This document shows positions 49,316 through 62,320 of a DNA stretch of 64,000 nucleotides, one piece after another; the stretch's first letter is position 1, and each line of letters opens with the position of its first letter. The translations under genes were made by a program, and so were the position numbers. Origin of the DNA: Orbicella franksi (taxonomy: Eukaryota); assembly GCA_964199315.1 (NCBI GenBank), contig OZ116710.1, forward strand, positions 18,724,001-18,788,000, given 5' to 3'. The notes below the pieces were generated by a model. It did no database searches. It saw only the letters and a list, made by a program, of their open reading frames with translations, and was not told where the DNA came from.

Positions 49316-49720
49316 AAAATTAAACGATAGATTTACAATAAGTAATAGCTACGTTGCTTAGACGAACTCAGAATGGACTCCGAACAGTTTTCCGAGCTTT
49401 TATACGGAGACGTTCGTCTGCTTGTAAGCCAGTAGAAAAGGCTGTACTACCGAACAGCTTACCCTAACACGTGTAACATCTTAAACATGAATAGTGCTTT
49501 AATGCTTTGCACCAATGCTATGGTACGTTATAACGTTCAGAAGATAACAAAGCTACAATGTTTTAGGTTTAGCTACAATAACGCTTACAGTTTGTTGACC
49601 TTTGGAATATAACTGCTCAATAGCTCTATAGAAAGTGATGCCGCCATGAACGGCTCATTCAGAACGTACGTCACGCTCCATTAACTATATTTTACTGGCG
49701 TGACAGTAAAATCTCATTTA
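49316..49720 (-). repeat. Split direct repeat A1 (5' end of the element)
   Basis: Ends 13 bp upstream of the ORF1 ATG; contains ttttactg-gcgtga-cagtaaaa inverted repeat at 49690-49711. Confidence 0.9.
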
Positions 49721-49946
49721 GTGTCAGTTGAAGAGTGCCGTTTAAAACTGCTGAAAATCTATCTTTGTAGTTGTCGAAGGAAAACAATAGCATTATGTTT
49801 TTGTTTTATTTTTCTGTTAGGTTTCATAAAATCATTCCTATCTAGTTCTAAAACTGTACGTAAAGGCAGAGTAAAGCTTTACTGGATATTGTTAATATTA
49901 CAGTAACACAACAAGGTCGTCGTTATCAGAGGAACATAACTCGAGG

Positions 49947-50561
49947 CTCGTTAACAGGTAAAGAAGGGTTTCATTTGAGATGTCGAGATAACTCAACTCC
50001 AACGCTCGTCAACAGGTAAAGAAGGGTTTCATTTGAGATGTCGAGATAACTCAACTCCAACGCTCGTCAACAGGTAAAGAAGGGTTTCATTTGAGATGTC
50101 GAGATAACTCAACTCCAAGGCTCGTTAACAGGTAAAGAAGGGTTTCATTTGAGATGTCGAGATAACTCAACTCCAACGCTCGTCAACAGGTAAAGAAGGG
50201 TTTCATTTGAGATGTCGAGATAACTCAACTCCAACGCTCGTCAACAGGTAAAGAAGGGTTTCATTTGAGATGTCGAGATAACTCAACTCCAAGGCTCGTC
50301 AACAGGTAAAGAAGGGTTTCATTTGAGATGTCGAGATAACTCAACTCCAACGCTCGTCAACAGGTAAAGAAGGGTTTCATTTGAGATGTCGAGATAACTC
50401 AACTCCAAGGCTCGTCAACAGGTAAAGAAGGGTTTCATTTGAGATGTCGAGATAACTCAACTCCAACGCTCGTCAACAGGTAAAGAAGGGTTTCATTTGA
50501 GATGTCGAGATAACTCAACTCCAAGGCTCGTCAACAGGTAAAGTAGGGTTTCATTTGAGAT
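49947..50561. repeat. 58-bp tandem array (10 full units plus a partial), bracketed by an 11-bp inverted repeat
   Basis: Unit ctcgtcaacaggtaaagaagggtttcatttgagatgtcgagataactcaactccaa(c/g)g; cgttatcagag (49921-49931) / ctctgataacg (50610-50620). Confidence 0.92.
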
Positions 50562-50807
50562 TATAACGGCGGAAATCTGACGAAGAGCTACGGAGTTAGT
50601 TTTATGTAACTCTGATAACGAGTGCACTGTTGTTTATTGCACGCGAAAGGTATGTACACTGAAAATGTTTCAATAATTTTTATTGATTTTGTTTGTTGTA
50701 ATATCGCAAAATAAAGTTCTTTTATAATTTTACAAAACTTGTTGAGTTTACTGAAAACTATACTCGTAAGACTCTTTTGCAGATGCCTTACAAATGGCGA
50801 GCCACGG

Positions 50808-51308
50808 AAAAGAAAATTTTCAATCTTGGAAGGACGGCAAAAATTAATGTGGAACACCGCCACCTCCTCGCCACCACCACTAACCTTTATAGCAAGAGTT
50901 TACTGCTCTCATCCTTTGTGGTACAGTACCCTCTAATACGCATGTGTATTTGGTGAGTATGTCTTATCAGTAAGAAGTCAGATGTACTGTTAGTAGTAAG
51001 TAACTGTAAGTTAGCTGAAACTAAGTTACTTGTCCTTTACATACATCCGATGTATGTCGTGACTGCAAGTAACTTAGCTTTACGGCTACTTGCAGTTACA
51101 ACTTACTGCTTACAGTACATCCACTTCTTACTAGTAAGACATGCACACGCAATACGCATGCGTATTAGACGGGACTGCACCACAAGGATGAGAGCTGCAA
51201 ACTTTTGCTATAAAGTATAAAAGAAATGCTAGTTAGTGGTGGTGGCGGGGAGGTGGCGGTGTTCCACATCAGTTTTTGCTGTCCTTCCAAGGTTGAAAAT
51301 TTTTCTTT
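50808..51308. repeat. Foldback element (about 500-bp imperfect palindrome) with a third partial arm at about 51435-51550
   Basis: aaaattttcaatcttggaaggacggcaaaaatt...gtggaacaccgccacctcc is mirrored by ggaggtggcggtgttccac...tccttccaaggttgaaaatttt; centre hairpin acatacatc-c-gatgtatgt. Confidence 0.8.
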
Positions 51309-52157
51309 GACCACTTCTTAAAACTGGTCATTTTCATGGGATCTGAAAGAGAGAGCGCGCCAGTTAACTTCCTACATACAAACGTTTCCCGCCAAAAGAC
51401 TTAGAAAAAATTTTACTCAAGAGAATGATACCAAGCACGCATGCGTAAGTGCAGAGTTATACCACAAGGATGAGAACTCAAAAGTCTTGCTCTACAGTAT
51501 AAAACTTAATTGATGTTGCACATCAATTTTTGCTTTCCTTCCAAGATTGACTTTTATCTTTGGCCTTTGTCCAAATCGGGCATTTCTAAGGCATCTGAAA
51601 AAGAAGACAATACGAAATTTCAACCTACAAATATTTCTCCCCAAAGCACTTATTCAAAAATATTATTCCAAAAGCTCACAATTGTAACAACTTAGACTTG
51701 TACAATACGTTCGAATCGTGCAAAGATAATTTAGCGGAAATAAGCAAACATAGCGCGAGTAATAAGAAGCATTTCTGTTTTGCTTAAGCCAGCACGATTC
51801 AAAACCGATCGTAGCGAAATTTGCTTGCATCTCTGTTGACGTTTTGCACTGAAAATATTTACGCTCAAATTTACCATGAAAGGCTTCGGGCAGTTAATAT
51901 CTGTCTATTCTGTAATTAAACGTCCGTTAATCCTTGTCCATATTTAGTAAGTAGGTAAGTAAGGAATGAATGCTTGTCGATATTTACTGATCTGAATGAA
52001 TCTCATGATAAAAAAGCAAGTAGTTGCGTAGTTTACCCTTGCGAAAGAATGAAGTCAAACTTTCTCTTGACACAGAAACTTGACTTAATTACAAGTGCTG
52101 AAATGAACGCAGTAAGATTACTTAATCCACAGTAAACATGTAAACAATGCGACTTAC

Positions 52158-52220
52158 CTGAGTTTGTCCATCGCGTTTACAGAAAAATCCATCAATGTGC
52201 ATGATGTTTTCGGAAGCCAT
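52158..52220 (-). other. Candidate ATG-bearing first exon (MASENIMHIDGFFCKRDGQTQ), downstream exons not found
   Basis: aagATGGct start context, 21 open codons, strong CAG|GTAAGT donor. Confidence 0.35.
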
Positions 52221-54392
52221 CTTCTCAAACTTTAAAGCTGCTCGCTGTTGATCCCTAAACGCAAAAAAAAGGAAACAACTGTCAACTTTCCGTTCAAATT
52301 GAAATAAAAGGGCAAGAATCCACGCAAATAAGATACAAATTGTGCCGTTCGCTGTTTACGGTAAACACCTCTATTAGTTCTTTTTTTTGCACAACAGCAA
52401 TTAAACTGACTGCATTAAACATTTCCAAAACGCAAATAACCAATTCCACCCTTACCTCTGCTACAACCATCTTTCAGAATAAAAATCGTTTAATTTTCCA
52501 TTGAAAATAATGACACGTTCCGACTTTAACAAACTCCAAAGCTGAGGTCAAAATTTAACGTATCAATGAACGATCGCGAGATAAAATTTCTTCCAAAAAA
52601 TTAATCACTACAAAAGTAGCAAATGTGTTAGTTGCTTGCGTGGCTGCAGCTGACCACAGTGCGCGCCGTTGAACCTGGTATGCATTGACAGTTAATTTTC
52701 ATCCAGATTAGCGTTAAAGACCAGTGGCGCTGTGGTTTGGTGCGCTATTCTCTACATCAAGGGAGGAAATAACGGAGTCGCAAGTTCGAGTCACGGACTT
52801 GGCGGATATAAGATATGTTTTTTCCTTTTACACACTGAAATAAATTGACCAAACCTTGCCTATATGAACATTTTTTTAAAATTTATTTATACTGTGGAAT
52901 CCAACCGCTTACGTCGAAGGAAAAAGGGCAAAAAAATTATTCTGGCAATATATACTTGATGTTTAACCAAAACGACCTACCTTAAACGCCAACATGGCTT
53001 CAACTGGCTCATGTTCCTGTTGTCCGACACTCTCTTCTCTACAATATATGGCTGGGAAATATGGATGCGGGAGAAATAATGAGCGCAAACGGAGAAAGTA
53101 CTTTCAATAGGATAGCGCCTATTTGTGTTTCTATGATAACGCTACGATCCTGAAATTTCTTTGGGGGGAATGGTCAACAATGAAGATTGTTTCTGTTTCT
53201 TAAATGTAAAAACTAGGCGAAGCGTGGAAGTTTGTTTCAGGCCGGTAAACATTGGTAAGAGCGCGTTAAAACTGCTTATATATGGTTACGATCTAAAACA
53301 GAGCATTTAAATTGGCAAATTAAAAAGCAATTGAAAACAACAATGACCAAATTGAGTACCGACAATAATTAAAACCAAACCAAATACGGATGAAGGAACA
53401 CATGTACGTATAGCCGACCTGTTTTTAGTCATTCTACGGTTTACCTGCATTGAGGTGAAAAGACAGACTGTCACGCTCAACATCATCGGTCACCTTGATT
53501 CTTAAACCTGTGGAAGGTAACAAAATCATTTAAACAGATCGTTAATTTTCATTTAACCTGGCGGAGCAGCACTTGCGCTGGCTTAATACATGTATCAAAT
53601 TGAATTATGCAGACAGTCCAAGTTCATAACAGGGCAAGTTTCTAGTTCGAACGGTTTTTATACAGTGCTGGAAATAATTTTTCTTCTTTAACAGGACATG
53701 TGTCTTTTCAAATCTTCATTTTGGTCGGACATCTCATCAATTTGACCGGACATTAATTTGCATAATTGATTAGCATAATTAATCAGCATAATAAAATTTA
53801 TTAGCATACTGTAAAGATTTTCAATATAAATCCTTCAAAACTAAATTTAAATTTGATTTATTTATCATTTATGATTAACTAGATGACTAATAAAGTACTC
53901 TTCAGAAATCACCCTATTATGCGTTACGTGCATTGTGATATGCTGTCAGACCCCCGTAGGACTCTAACTGAGTAGGGTACATACATGAAATGCTAACAGC
54001 ATATCACAATGCACGTAACGCATAATAGGGTGATTTCTGAAGAGTACTTTATTTGGCAAGTACAGGAAAGATGAACACTTCTGCTTTATGATATGGCGGC
54101 AGTCCATAATGGGCTCCTGGATTTGGCTCAGACTGTCAGAGTCATTAGGGCCCAAAATTAAAAAATTCTGGAGTGGCCATCCGGCAACGTAAGTGATAAA
54201 AATCAAGTAGGAATTTTATTCAGAAAATAACTCAATCATAAAATCTGTAAAGAAAAAAATTCCAACACTTTTTTGGCCGCTAATTTTGTATAGGTAGCTA
54301 ATGTAATGTCTATGAAGGATTCATGCATTCCAAGAGACACCATCGGTACTCATACATGTCGTACTCAATGCTCAAGGGTTTCCAATGCAGAA

Positions 54393-55190
54393 AGGTCCGG
54401 TAATACGGGCAACATTTCTCTTCAACTTGTCTCGCAACATTGTTGCATTGCAAGTTGAAACACATTGTTGGGCGTATTACCACGTTTGTGACCAACTTGT
54501 CTCGCAGCAAAATACAGTGTTGCAAGTTGAGGCAACATGTTGCGCAAAGTAGACTCGAGTTCTACTTTCTGCAACAAATTTTAGTTTTGCTGCTCGTATT
54601 ACCACTGAAGCTACAACTTGTCTCGCAACAAATTTGAATTCAACGCTTGTGATTGGCTGTCGCGAAGCGCGGCAAGTAAAAAAAAAAAACAAGGTGGACA
54701 GTGAAGACGAGCCTGAATTCGAAGTAGACCAGTGACTCGCGAAAGTCATAACTTTGTCCTTTACAAAGACCTCAAAGGCTATCATAGTCTTTGGGACACC
54801 TCGTTTGTCCCTTCAAAACAAACAGGAAAAAAGGCAAAAGGCTTGGAAGAACTGTCGCAAAAATACAATTTTTCCCCTAGCTACCTGAAACGACACTGAG
54901 CTTCATACTGTGAGAATTTCGCTGGCACGGAAAATTAAGAAGAAAACGACGGCCAGAAGTCGAAGTGGAACTTCGTCGAAATGCTAAATTATATTAAAGA
55001 AGGCGCCATCTTTATTTACACACGATTGACCAATTATACCTGTGGAATTCTGCAGACTTGCAACACTGTATTTTGCTGCGAGACAAATTGGTCACAAACG
55101 TGGTAATACGCGCAACAACGTGTTCCAACTTGCAATGCAACAATGTTGCGAGAAAAGTTGAAGGAAAATGTTGCCCGTATTACCGGACCT
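54393..55190. mobile_element. Kolobok-like non-autonomous element, copy 2 (798 bp)
   Basis: aggtccggtaatacgggcaac...gttgcccgtattaccggacct; collinear with 42166-42963, with scattered substitutions. Confidence 0.8.
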
Positions 55191-56208
55191 TTATAGGGCG
55201 ATTTCAAGTACATTCAGCTATTTGCAAGTTTTCCGATGTGAGGAATCCTCCACAGCAAAGCAAAAGGATATATTGCTTTCTTTTCTTATGGTGAATATCG
55301 TAGAAACAAAGATCTTTGACTATGTATCTCTGGAGGGACATAGTGCCTGAGAAAATAACTGTTATTGATCGTCATAACAGATCAGAGAAACGAAGTCGCC
55401 ATTATGGTAGCCTGGGAACGCAGACGTATTTTCGGCTGTCCACTAAACCAGAATTTTTGGTCGCCAAAGATGAAATTTTAGCCGCATTGGTGACCGTACT
55501 ACTCGCAATTTTGAGCCTTCTAACAATGTGTCTAACCAAATTTCATGGATGGAGTAGGACAATAACTTGATGTAGGTGAAATGTTCGGACATCATGTCCG
55601 ATCATAATGTGAAATTGGCCGGACATGTTCAAAATTTGGTCGGACAGTGTCCGATGACCGACTGTTATTTCCAGCCCAGTATGCGATCAGTCAGTTTCAC
55701 GGACAGAGAAAGAAAAGAGCTCAGGTATTTCATTTCTCTTTAAAAGACATTTCTCGCCAAAAGAATATAGTTCAAAGCTACACGATCTGTAATAACACAA
55801 ACACTTTTCAAACAATTACAGTGGAAGTACTCAGAAACAATATTTTTCCTTTCATTTGCATACAGTTGTGCCAAAAAGTTGTCAGGATCCTAAATCGATG
55901 ATAGCTAAATTGGTCAAGCTCACCTCTGAAAGAAAGCATCAACCATAGAGAGCAACAACCTAAATGTCACGGTTAAATCGGAGATACTTAAATTTTTCGA
56001 GTCAAGATTTCAACGAGATGAGATTTTGAACCAGGACCTCAATCAGGATTTCGAGCCAAGGATAGGTTAGAGTTAAGGTAGCTGAACACAGTTTTTGATA
56101 GTTGTGTTTTATTCACCTTTTTCTCTAAAACCGTTGCTCCTTTGGGCGTCAAAAATGACAACACCCAAGTTTGCAACACAAACTTCGGTTTTTGATAGTT
56201 AAGTTGGT

Positions 56209-56540
56209 TGTAGGACCAGTCTATGCTTCACAGATCAAGAAACTCAGGAAGAGAATTTACAGGGTGGAACCAGCTCCCTTGTGGGCCAGTTCTTACACCT
56301 AATACCTCTTGTACAAAGCTCAAGATCCATTCAGTCCATGCAGACAGTCCAATTGTTCCTAAACACCTTTTAAATCTTATGTCAGCAAATTTGGATGTAG
56401 GACCAGTCTATGCTTCACAGATCACGAAACTCAGGAAGAGAATTTGCAAGGTGGAACCAGCTCCCTTGTGGACCAGTTCTTGCACTCAGTATCTCTTGTA
56501 CAAAGCTCAAGATCCAAACAGCTCATGAAGACAGTCCAAA
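56209..56540. repeat. Local tandem duplication, 187-bp period
   Basis: tgtaggaccagtctatgcttcacagatca at 56209 and 56396; explains paralogous ORFs 56223 and 56410. Confidence 0.85.
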
Positions 56541-57525
56541 TCCCAAAACGATTTTCACAATAATTTATTTTGAACTCTGGTGGGGAGTCAATTGTGTGCT
56601 CCCAACTGCACTTTTAAGATGGAACATTATTTGAGTTTTGTTTTGGAATCATGTTCTCGACTGACGAGAAAATCATTCAAGTTTTCATTGCCCCCCAATA
56701 TCTTAATTAACTTTAGTAAACAAATAAATCATTGTAGTCTTAGATCATAGAAAGAGGTGTACAATTCCCTTAGTAAATAACTATGTTGATTTCACTGTCT
56801 TTAGACTATATTTTCTAAGTATCTTAATTTTCCATAAGGTTGATGTCATACAAACAGACCATATTTCTTCTGGGATTGGCAACTTATCAATATTAAATTA
56901 CAGTAATGCAGCTTTTTGTGATATACAAAATAAACTTGGACAAATACTTACTGACTGGAATATGTGTGCTGTGCCTCTAATCAGCGAATACAAAATATTG
57001 AGCTCTTTTCACTAGTAGGAGAAAAACAAATGAAAGATACTCTTGCGCGGGATAATTTTAACTCAAAGTGGGAAATGAGCTTTTAATCTAGTTAATAAAA
57101 CTAAACTTGTATGAAGACTTACCACAGACCTTCTACGTGCAAAGTGATGTCCTTCAGCAACCAGGGTGCCCTGATGAGAAAGTAGACAGGACATGGTTAC
57201 CAGCTATTTTAATGAGAGCTCATTCACCTAACTGTTCAGTTCCTCCAAAGGAGCTTTAAATGAAAGTGAAGAAGGCAGCGAGGGGGGTTAGGGGATTACA
57301 GTCTGCCATAGCATGTAACAATTGTCAAGACCATAGGAATGACAACATAAAATGTGCTAAGCTCATTAGTGTAGCTCAGTAGCGCGAGTATGCATCCATG
57401 AGTGGATGCCCAGTACATGCTCCATTAAATGATCTGAAATTATGTGTACACATGTTATCGCTAAGTGGAATTTTTTTGCTCCTTCTCCTTGTTAATTTCG
57501 AAAATAGGGAGCAGCTATCGGTTAA

Positions 57526-58180
57526 AGCGTATATGACATGAAAAATAATTTCTGCTTGTTTGAAAGGCCTTTCAAAATACAGAAGAATGGCATTTTTCTT
57601 TTTGCAATATCGTTTTTTCGTTTTAGAGATAATGACGTTTTTCTATTATGCAAATTAGATCAGTGATGACGTCATAAGGTTTGCAACTAAAATGTGGTAA
57701 AATACTGAAGAAATGATATCTATGGATATATTGAAGCAGTGTTCTTGAAACTTGGCTCAACAAATGTGCATCAAAAAAGAAACAAAATGACACCCTCAAT
57801 GCTGTTGCCATGACAACAGTTTTGCCGCTGGTGCTGCCTTAATAAAAACTGAAATTCCCAGTTTTTGTCTCAAAACAAGAACCATCTACCCCACCCAATC
57901 TAATGATGGGAGTTAAGACAATATGGGAACTATGTCTGTTCTAAGTAGGACCCTTTGTCTCACTTTAGAGGTTGCAAATGGGGATATTTGGTTTTTGACA
58001 GAAAGACACTGGAGCCGAAAGAGTCGCTATGGCAACAGCACTGCTCTAATTTGCATAATAGAAAAACGTCCATATCTCTAAAACGAAAAAATATATTCAA
58101 AAAGAAAAATGCCATTCTTCTGTATTTTGAAAAGCCTTTCTAGTAAGCAGACTGAAATTATTTGTCATGTCATGTACACT
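57526..58180. mobile_element. Kolobok-like MITE (second family) with perfect TTAA TSD
   Basis: ttaa|agcgtatatgacatga ... tcatgtcatgtacact|ttaa; inner IR ttcaaaatacagaagaatggcattttt / aaaaatgccattcttctgtattttgaa. Confidence 0.82.
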
Positions 58181-60919
58181 TTAAAACCCTTGCAGAGCTT
58201 GTTCATGCTTTCTAGCTGTGCATCTAAACAGATTTCTGATGTCCGTATGGACGTTTTGGCTGTAAATCACAAACTCTCTCTCTCACAAAATATCAAACTG
58301 GCTGGGCCCTGAACATTATTTGAAAAAACAACAACATGGCAACATAAAAACAAGCCCACAATACAACAACTCACCATGTCCATGAAATTTCTTGTCTCCA
58401 TGCTCTCTACCCAGCATAATATGCCTGTCAAGTCTCCTCTTCTTAGCTGCAATATAGACCCTTTAAAAAAATTGTGCAGTCTTAGTTTTATTTACCACAT
58501 TTATTGCAGTACATCTCAGGGTTCCCCCAAAGATTTGAAAAAGGCAGAGAATGGTTTGAAGTGTCAAAAAGGTACACATGAGTTTAGTTTTTATCACATA
58601 CCTATGAAGCACTTATACAGACCTCCCTCTAGGTGAGCACACATGTAACGTAAGATCAAACAAAATAATGGAGTACACTTTTGTGTACATGTCTAGTGCA
58701 AAAAATTGAACAGCACCAAAATTCTCAATTAAGTGATAAAACAAAACAAAAAAGAAAGAAAAAGAAATAGACAGGGCTTGGAAAAAGTCCTGAACAAGTG
58801 GATTTTCCTTCTAAGCAAGTAACATTTTATTCTGACTTGCCCGATGGTCAAGGGACCACGCAAGTTGTCTTCCAACTAAATGAAAAAAAGGAAACTAAGA
58901 TTTGCCCAGGGCAAGGGCAAGCTGGAATTTCTGAGCCGTGATAGAAACACAATTGAACTTTTTTTGGGCAGTAACGAATCTGTGGCCAGCACTTTCCCTC
59001 CCAACATATGAAGACATAACATGGAATTGTAAACATTGCTTCATTGAACTAAGTACAGAGAAAGAGTGTATACAACTAGTGTGGTGCTCACCTTTTTTCC
59101 AGAACCTTCAAGTATCTTGATACTTGCATTCATCAACCCACATAAATAGGGACTGGGTAACAGTCATGCCAGTTTGTATAAGGAAGAAAAAAAGAAAGGT
59201 TTAATATATAGATTTAGCCAAGCCTAAAAGCGGAGCTCGTCAGTTATTTTTTGGAATGTTGTTACTGATGAAAAGAATCCAACATGTACATGTGTGTGAA
59301 GTAAACTGCGAGCAATTTTATAGTTTCAGCTCGAACTAGGATTACATCAGCAGATCGAGGTGTAAGATGGTGTGATGATGAAAATAGAGCCATGATTTCA
59401 AGCATTTCAGGGGAGCCACCAAAAATGTTGATCACATGACAGAACTGTCTTCTGTGCTTTTTGGTGGCATTTCCTGTTCTTTCTTATTGGGAAAGACAAG
59501 ACATTGTTATTAATCATTATATTCTTTCTTAGTTAACATGGGGACTCCCGCACAAAAGAAGTTTACACATTTTTTTTGTTGTTGTGGGGTATGACTGAAA
59601 TGCAGTGGTTACAATATACTCAGTCCCCAAATTTCTACCAAATGAAATCTCACAAAAATACCAAAGCAGTATACACATGTAAAAAGTTAAAAAGTTTTGT
59701 TTTCTAACTTGATCCCCAAAGATAGCTATCCTCATTTTTGTATGGAGTCTCCTCCTGCTGAAAGGGTTTGCACCATCTCTCAAAGTACAAGTATAAGCAA
59801 AATCACTCTGGCATGAATGATAAATATGATATTTTGTTGCTGATCATGAATACTTGCATTGGCTTCTGATAATAATTTTATTATTCAATTCCAATGTGAT
59901 TTGTTCTTTTTCTCGACTGAGATTGTGGACTACAGGAGTTGTTTTTGGGTTCCATTAATTAATTTTGCTATGATTAAATTATACCATGAATTATAAGTAA
60001 GCTATAAGTAAGTTATATTATGTACGTGTATTTTGTCTGCACTACACAACCAAACACACTCAAAGATTATGAGGCATACGTACATTTGTCAGAGAACACT
60101 ATTTCTACAACACTAGGGAACAAATTAACCTTATTGGACATTGCAAATGGCAAGGCTGTCGGTAGAATGTCATAAATTTCTCAACTCTTTCTCTCTACAA
60201 AAAATACTAATCCTGCAACTTTGTTTAAGACTCAGTTCTCCATTTCGTGTTGGCAAAATATTAATTTATGCCATGCCCAATGCAGGTTATCACAAAATTG
60301 ATTTAAGAGCAACATAAACCAAGCACAATAAATATCATTTTTAAGCCAAAAAAGCAATTATTTAAATAAACCATGACATGATGAGTAAATGATCTCTAAG
60401 AAAAATTGATTAATTTAACAGACACTATAAATAATTAGTTAATACATTTATCATAGGTGTTTCTTAATAATGTAATACAGTTTATCTGTCACAATGTTGC
60501 AGCTACAGCTGTATGATATTACTACACACAGTATGGGTTGCAGAACTCAGTTTGTTAAATGAACTTAGTGCAGAAATTATTAAGGCATCAAGTTGTCTGT
60601 GAATATAGAGAAACCAAACAAAGCATTACAATCTTAAGGAATAAATTACTGAACTCTTTTACATGTATGTACAATGTATGTTCCATTAATATTGGGGATC
60701 TCTCAGAAGCTGCATCTATGATGATTTAATTTGCTCCCAGTGCATTTTTTTATGGAACTTTTCACACATTAATATCTCTGTCATGACAGTGGTCTCTGTG
60801 TTCTACAACAATTAGTACACAAGAAAAATACACTCAGTAAGATATTGTTTACAATAAAAATCAATCCCTATAAGCAATCATAAGGACCTTGAATTTATAT
60901 TTCTTTAGAAATATCTCAC

Positions 60920-62320
60920 CTGGCCATGGTTGCTTTGAAAATCTTTGATGTTTTAATCCAGGCTGTCCATGTCTACACTGTACATGTATTGACTGACAGG
61001 AACAGGGATGTAATCATACTGTATTTTGCTGCTACTTGAACACCACTGAACATACAAAGACATATCAATTATAATTTGTAACCAACAGATGACATTCCTT
61101 TCATTGATATACAGTGTACTTCATTGCTAGTTGTTTACAGAGCGTCTACAGTAGTGAATCAAATGCTAGGGGGATGGTACCAAAACTTTTACAGTGGCAG
61201 TTCTGCCCTGAGATGCAAAGCAAACATATATAACTGTTATGAAATTGGTGACTTGCTTTTGAGTGCACATGCAATTTGCTTTAAACAAGAAACTGGAACA
61301 TTGCAGTACAACAATGTGTACAGTCCCAATCAAAGGGCCATTCAGGCTGTTTGGTTGTACATATAACTGAAAATCAGACTTTGTCAGGATAAATACTGAT
61401 GTTCTTGCTGACTTAATCTGAGTGTGCAGTTACAGAAGATATTCACACCCAACACCCATTCATGGCCAGTTATTAGAAATTCTAAAGTAACAGGAGGAGG
61501 GAGCTCTTATGGAAAAAAACCTCCATGTGGGGTATGAATCTTTTCTTGAAGAAAACAATGTCTGGGAAATCATTAATTACAAAATATGCTTTAAGATATA
61601 TCTTACCTGGTAAGGCCAACTTTCAGAAAGTTTTGTAATCTAGACTGGCTGGCCTGAGTTCATACATTTGACAAGTTGACACTGGGCATGTTTGTAAATT
61701 TGTGCGCTTCAACATCACATTGCAATGTACATGTAGTAGCATAATGGTCAACTGAAAACAGCATAATTTGGTTAATTAATTTACACTGTACATTATTTGC
61801 CTAAATATCCCTATCTCTATCATTGCACACCAACAGATGACTATTAAAATTAATTTACAGAACATATTGGCAGCTAAATCATAACAAGTAAAAAATCGAG
61901 CATGAGCTATTTACATGTACATGTAACAGCCCTCACCTCAGAACTGTCATAGATATAATATATTTTCAAACGCGCTGAAATTTCAGATTATTCAATATCA
62001 ACATGCACGTACATCTTTAACAGTGTGTTTGCTTTACATTCACTTTACACACAACCAGTATCCAACATAGGCAGACTTTTAAGTTTGCCTTTGAAAATAA
62101 ATTACATCAACTTATGCATCTTTCATTACCTATTCTTGTGACAAAATGACACAAAATCCAAGTACAAGAAGTCATAAGCATAAAACTAATTTAATTACCT
62201 GGTAATGCTTACAGCACCTCTTACTGTCTGCATATGCTGTCCATAAACTGGTACTGCCTGGACAATACTCATTATTTTTCTGATCACATCTTTTAAAATG
62301 TCACTGTTATATAATTTGTC
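60920..62320 (-). CDS. Internal exons of an unidentified gene entering from the right
   Basis: Exons 62320-62199, 61639-61607 and 60972-60920 have AG/GT ends and join in frame: DKLYNSDILKDVIRKIMSIVQAVPVYGQHMQTVRGAVSITRLQNFLKVGLTRHGQPGLKHQRFSKQPWP. A possible further exon lies near 59480-59260. Product not recognised. Confidence 0.55.

Larger units (their letters stand above)
44296..49720 (-). mobile_element. Ngaro-type (DIRS order) tyrosine-recombinase retrotransposon, full length, split direct repeats A1-ORFs-B1-A2-B2
   Basis: A1 49316-49720 equals A2 44676-45080 (405 bp); B1 45076-45379 equals B2 44296-44599; three overlapping intact ORFs (gag, RT/RNase H, YR); no TSD. Confidence 0.95.

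Noticed and set aside
49947-50561. Regular 58-bp repeats resembling a CRISPR array
   Set aside because: Units are contiguous and near-identical with no unique spacers; eukaryotic context and no cas genes.
42146-55294. Repeated ORFs with MQHCILLRDKLVTNVVIR and a possible composite transposon bounded by the two 798-bp copies
   Set aside because: The ORFs come from the TIRs; the two copies have unrelated individual flanks and no shared outer TSD, so they are independent insertions.
53663-55679. Possible hAT-like element (cagtgctggaaataa...ttatttccagcccag) enclosing Kolobok copy 2
   Set aside because: End similarity is short and no 8-bp TSD is present; cannot be supported.
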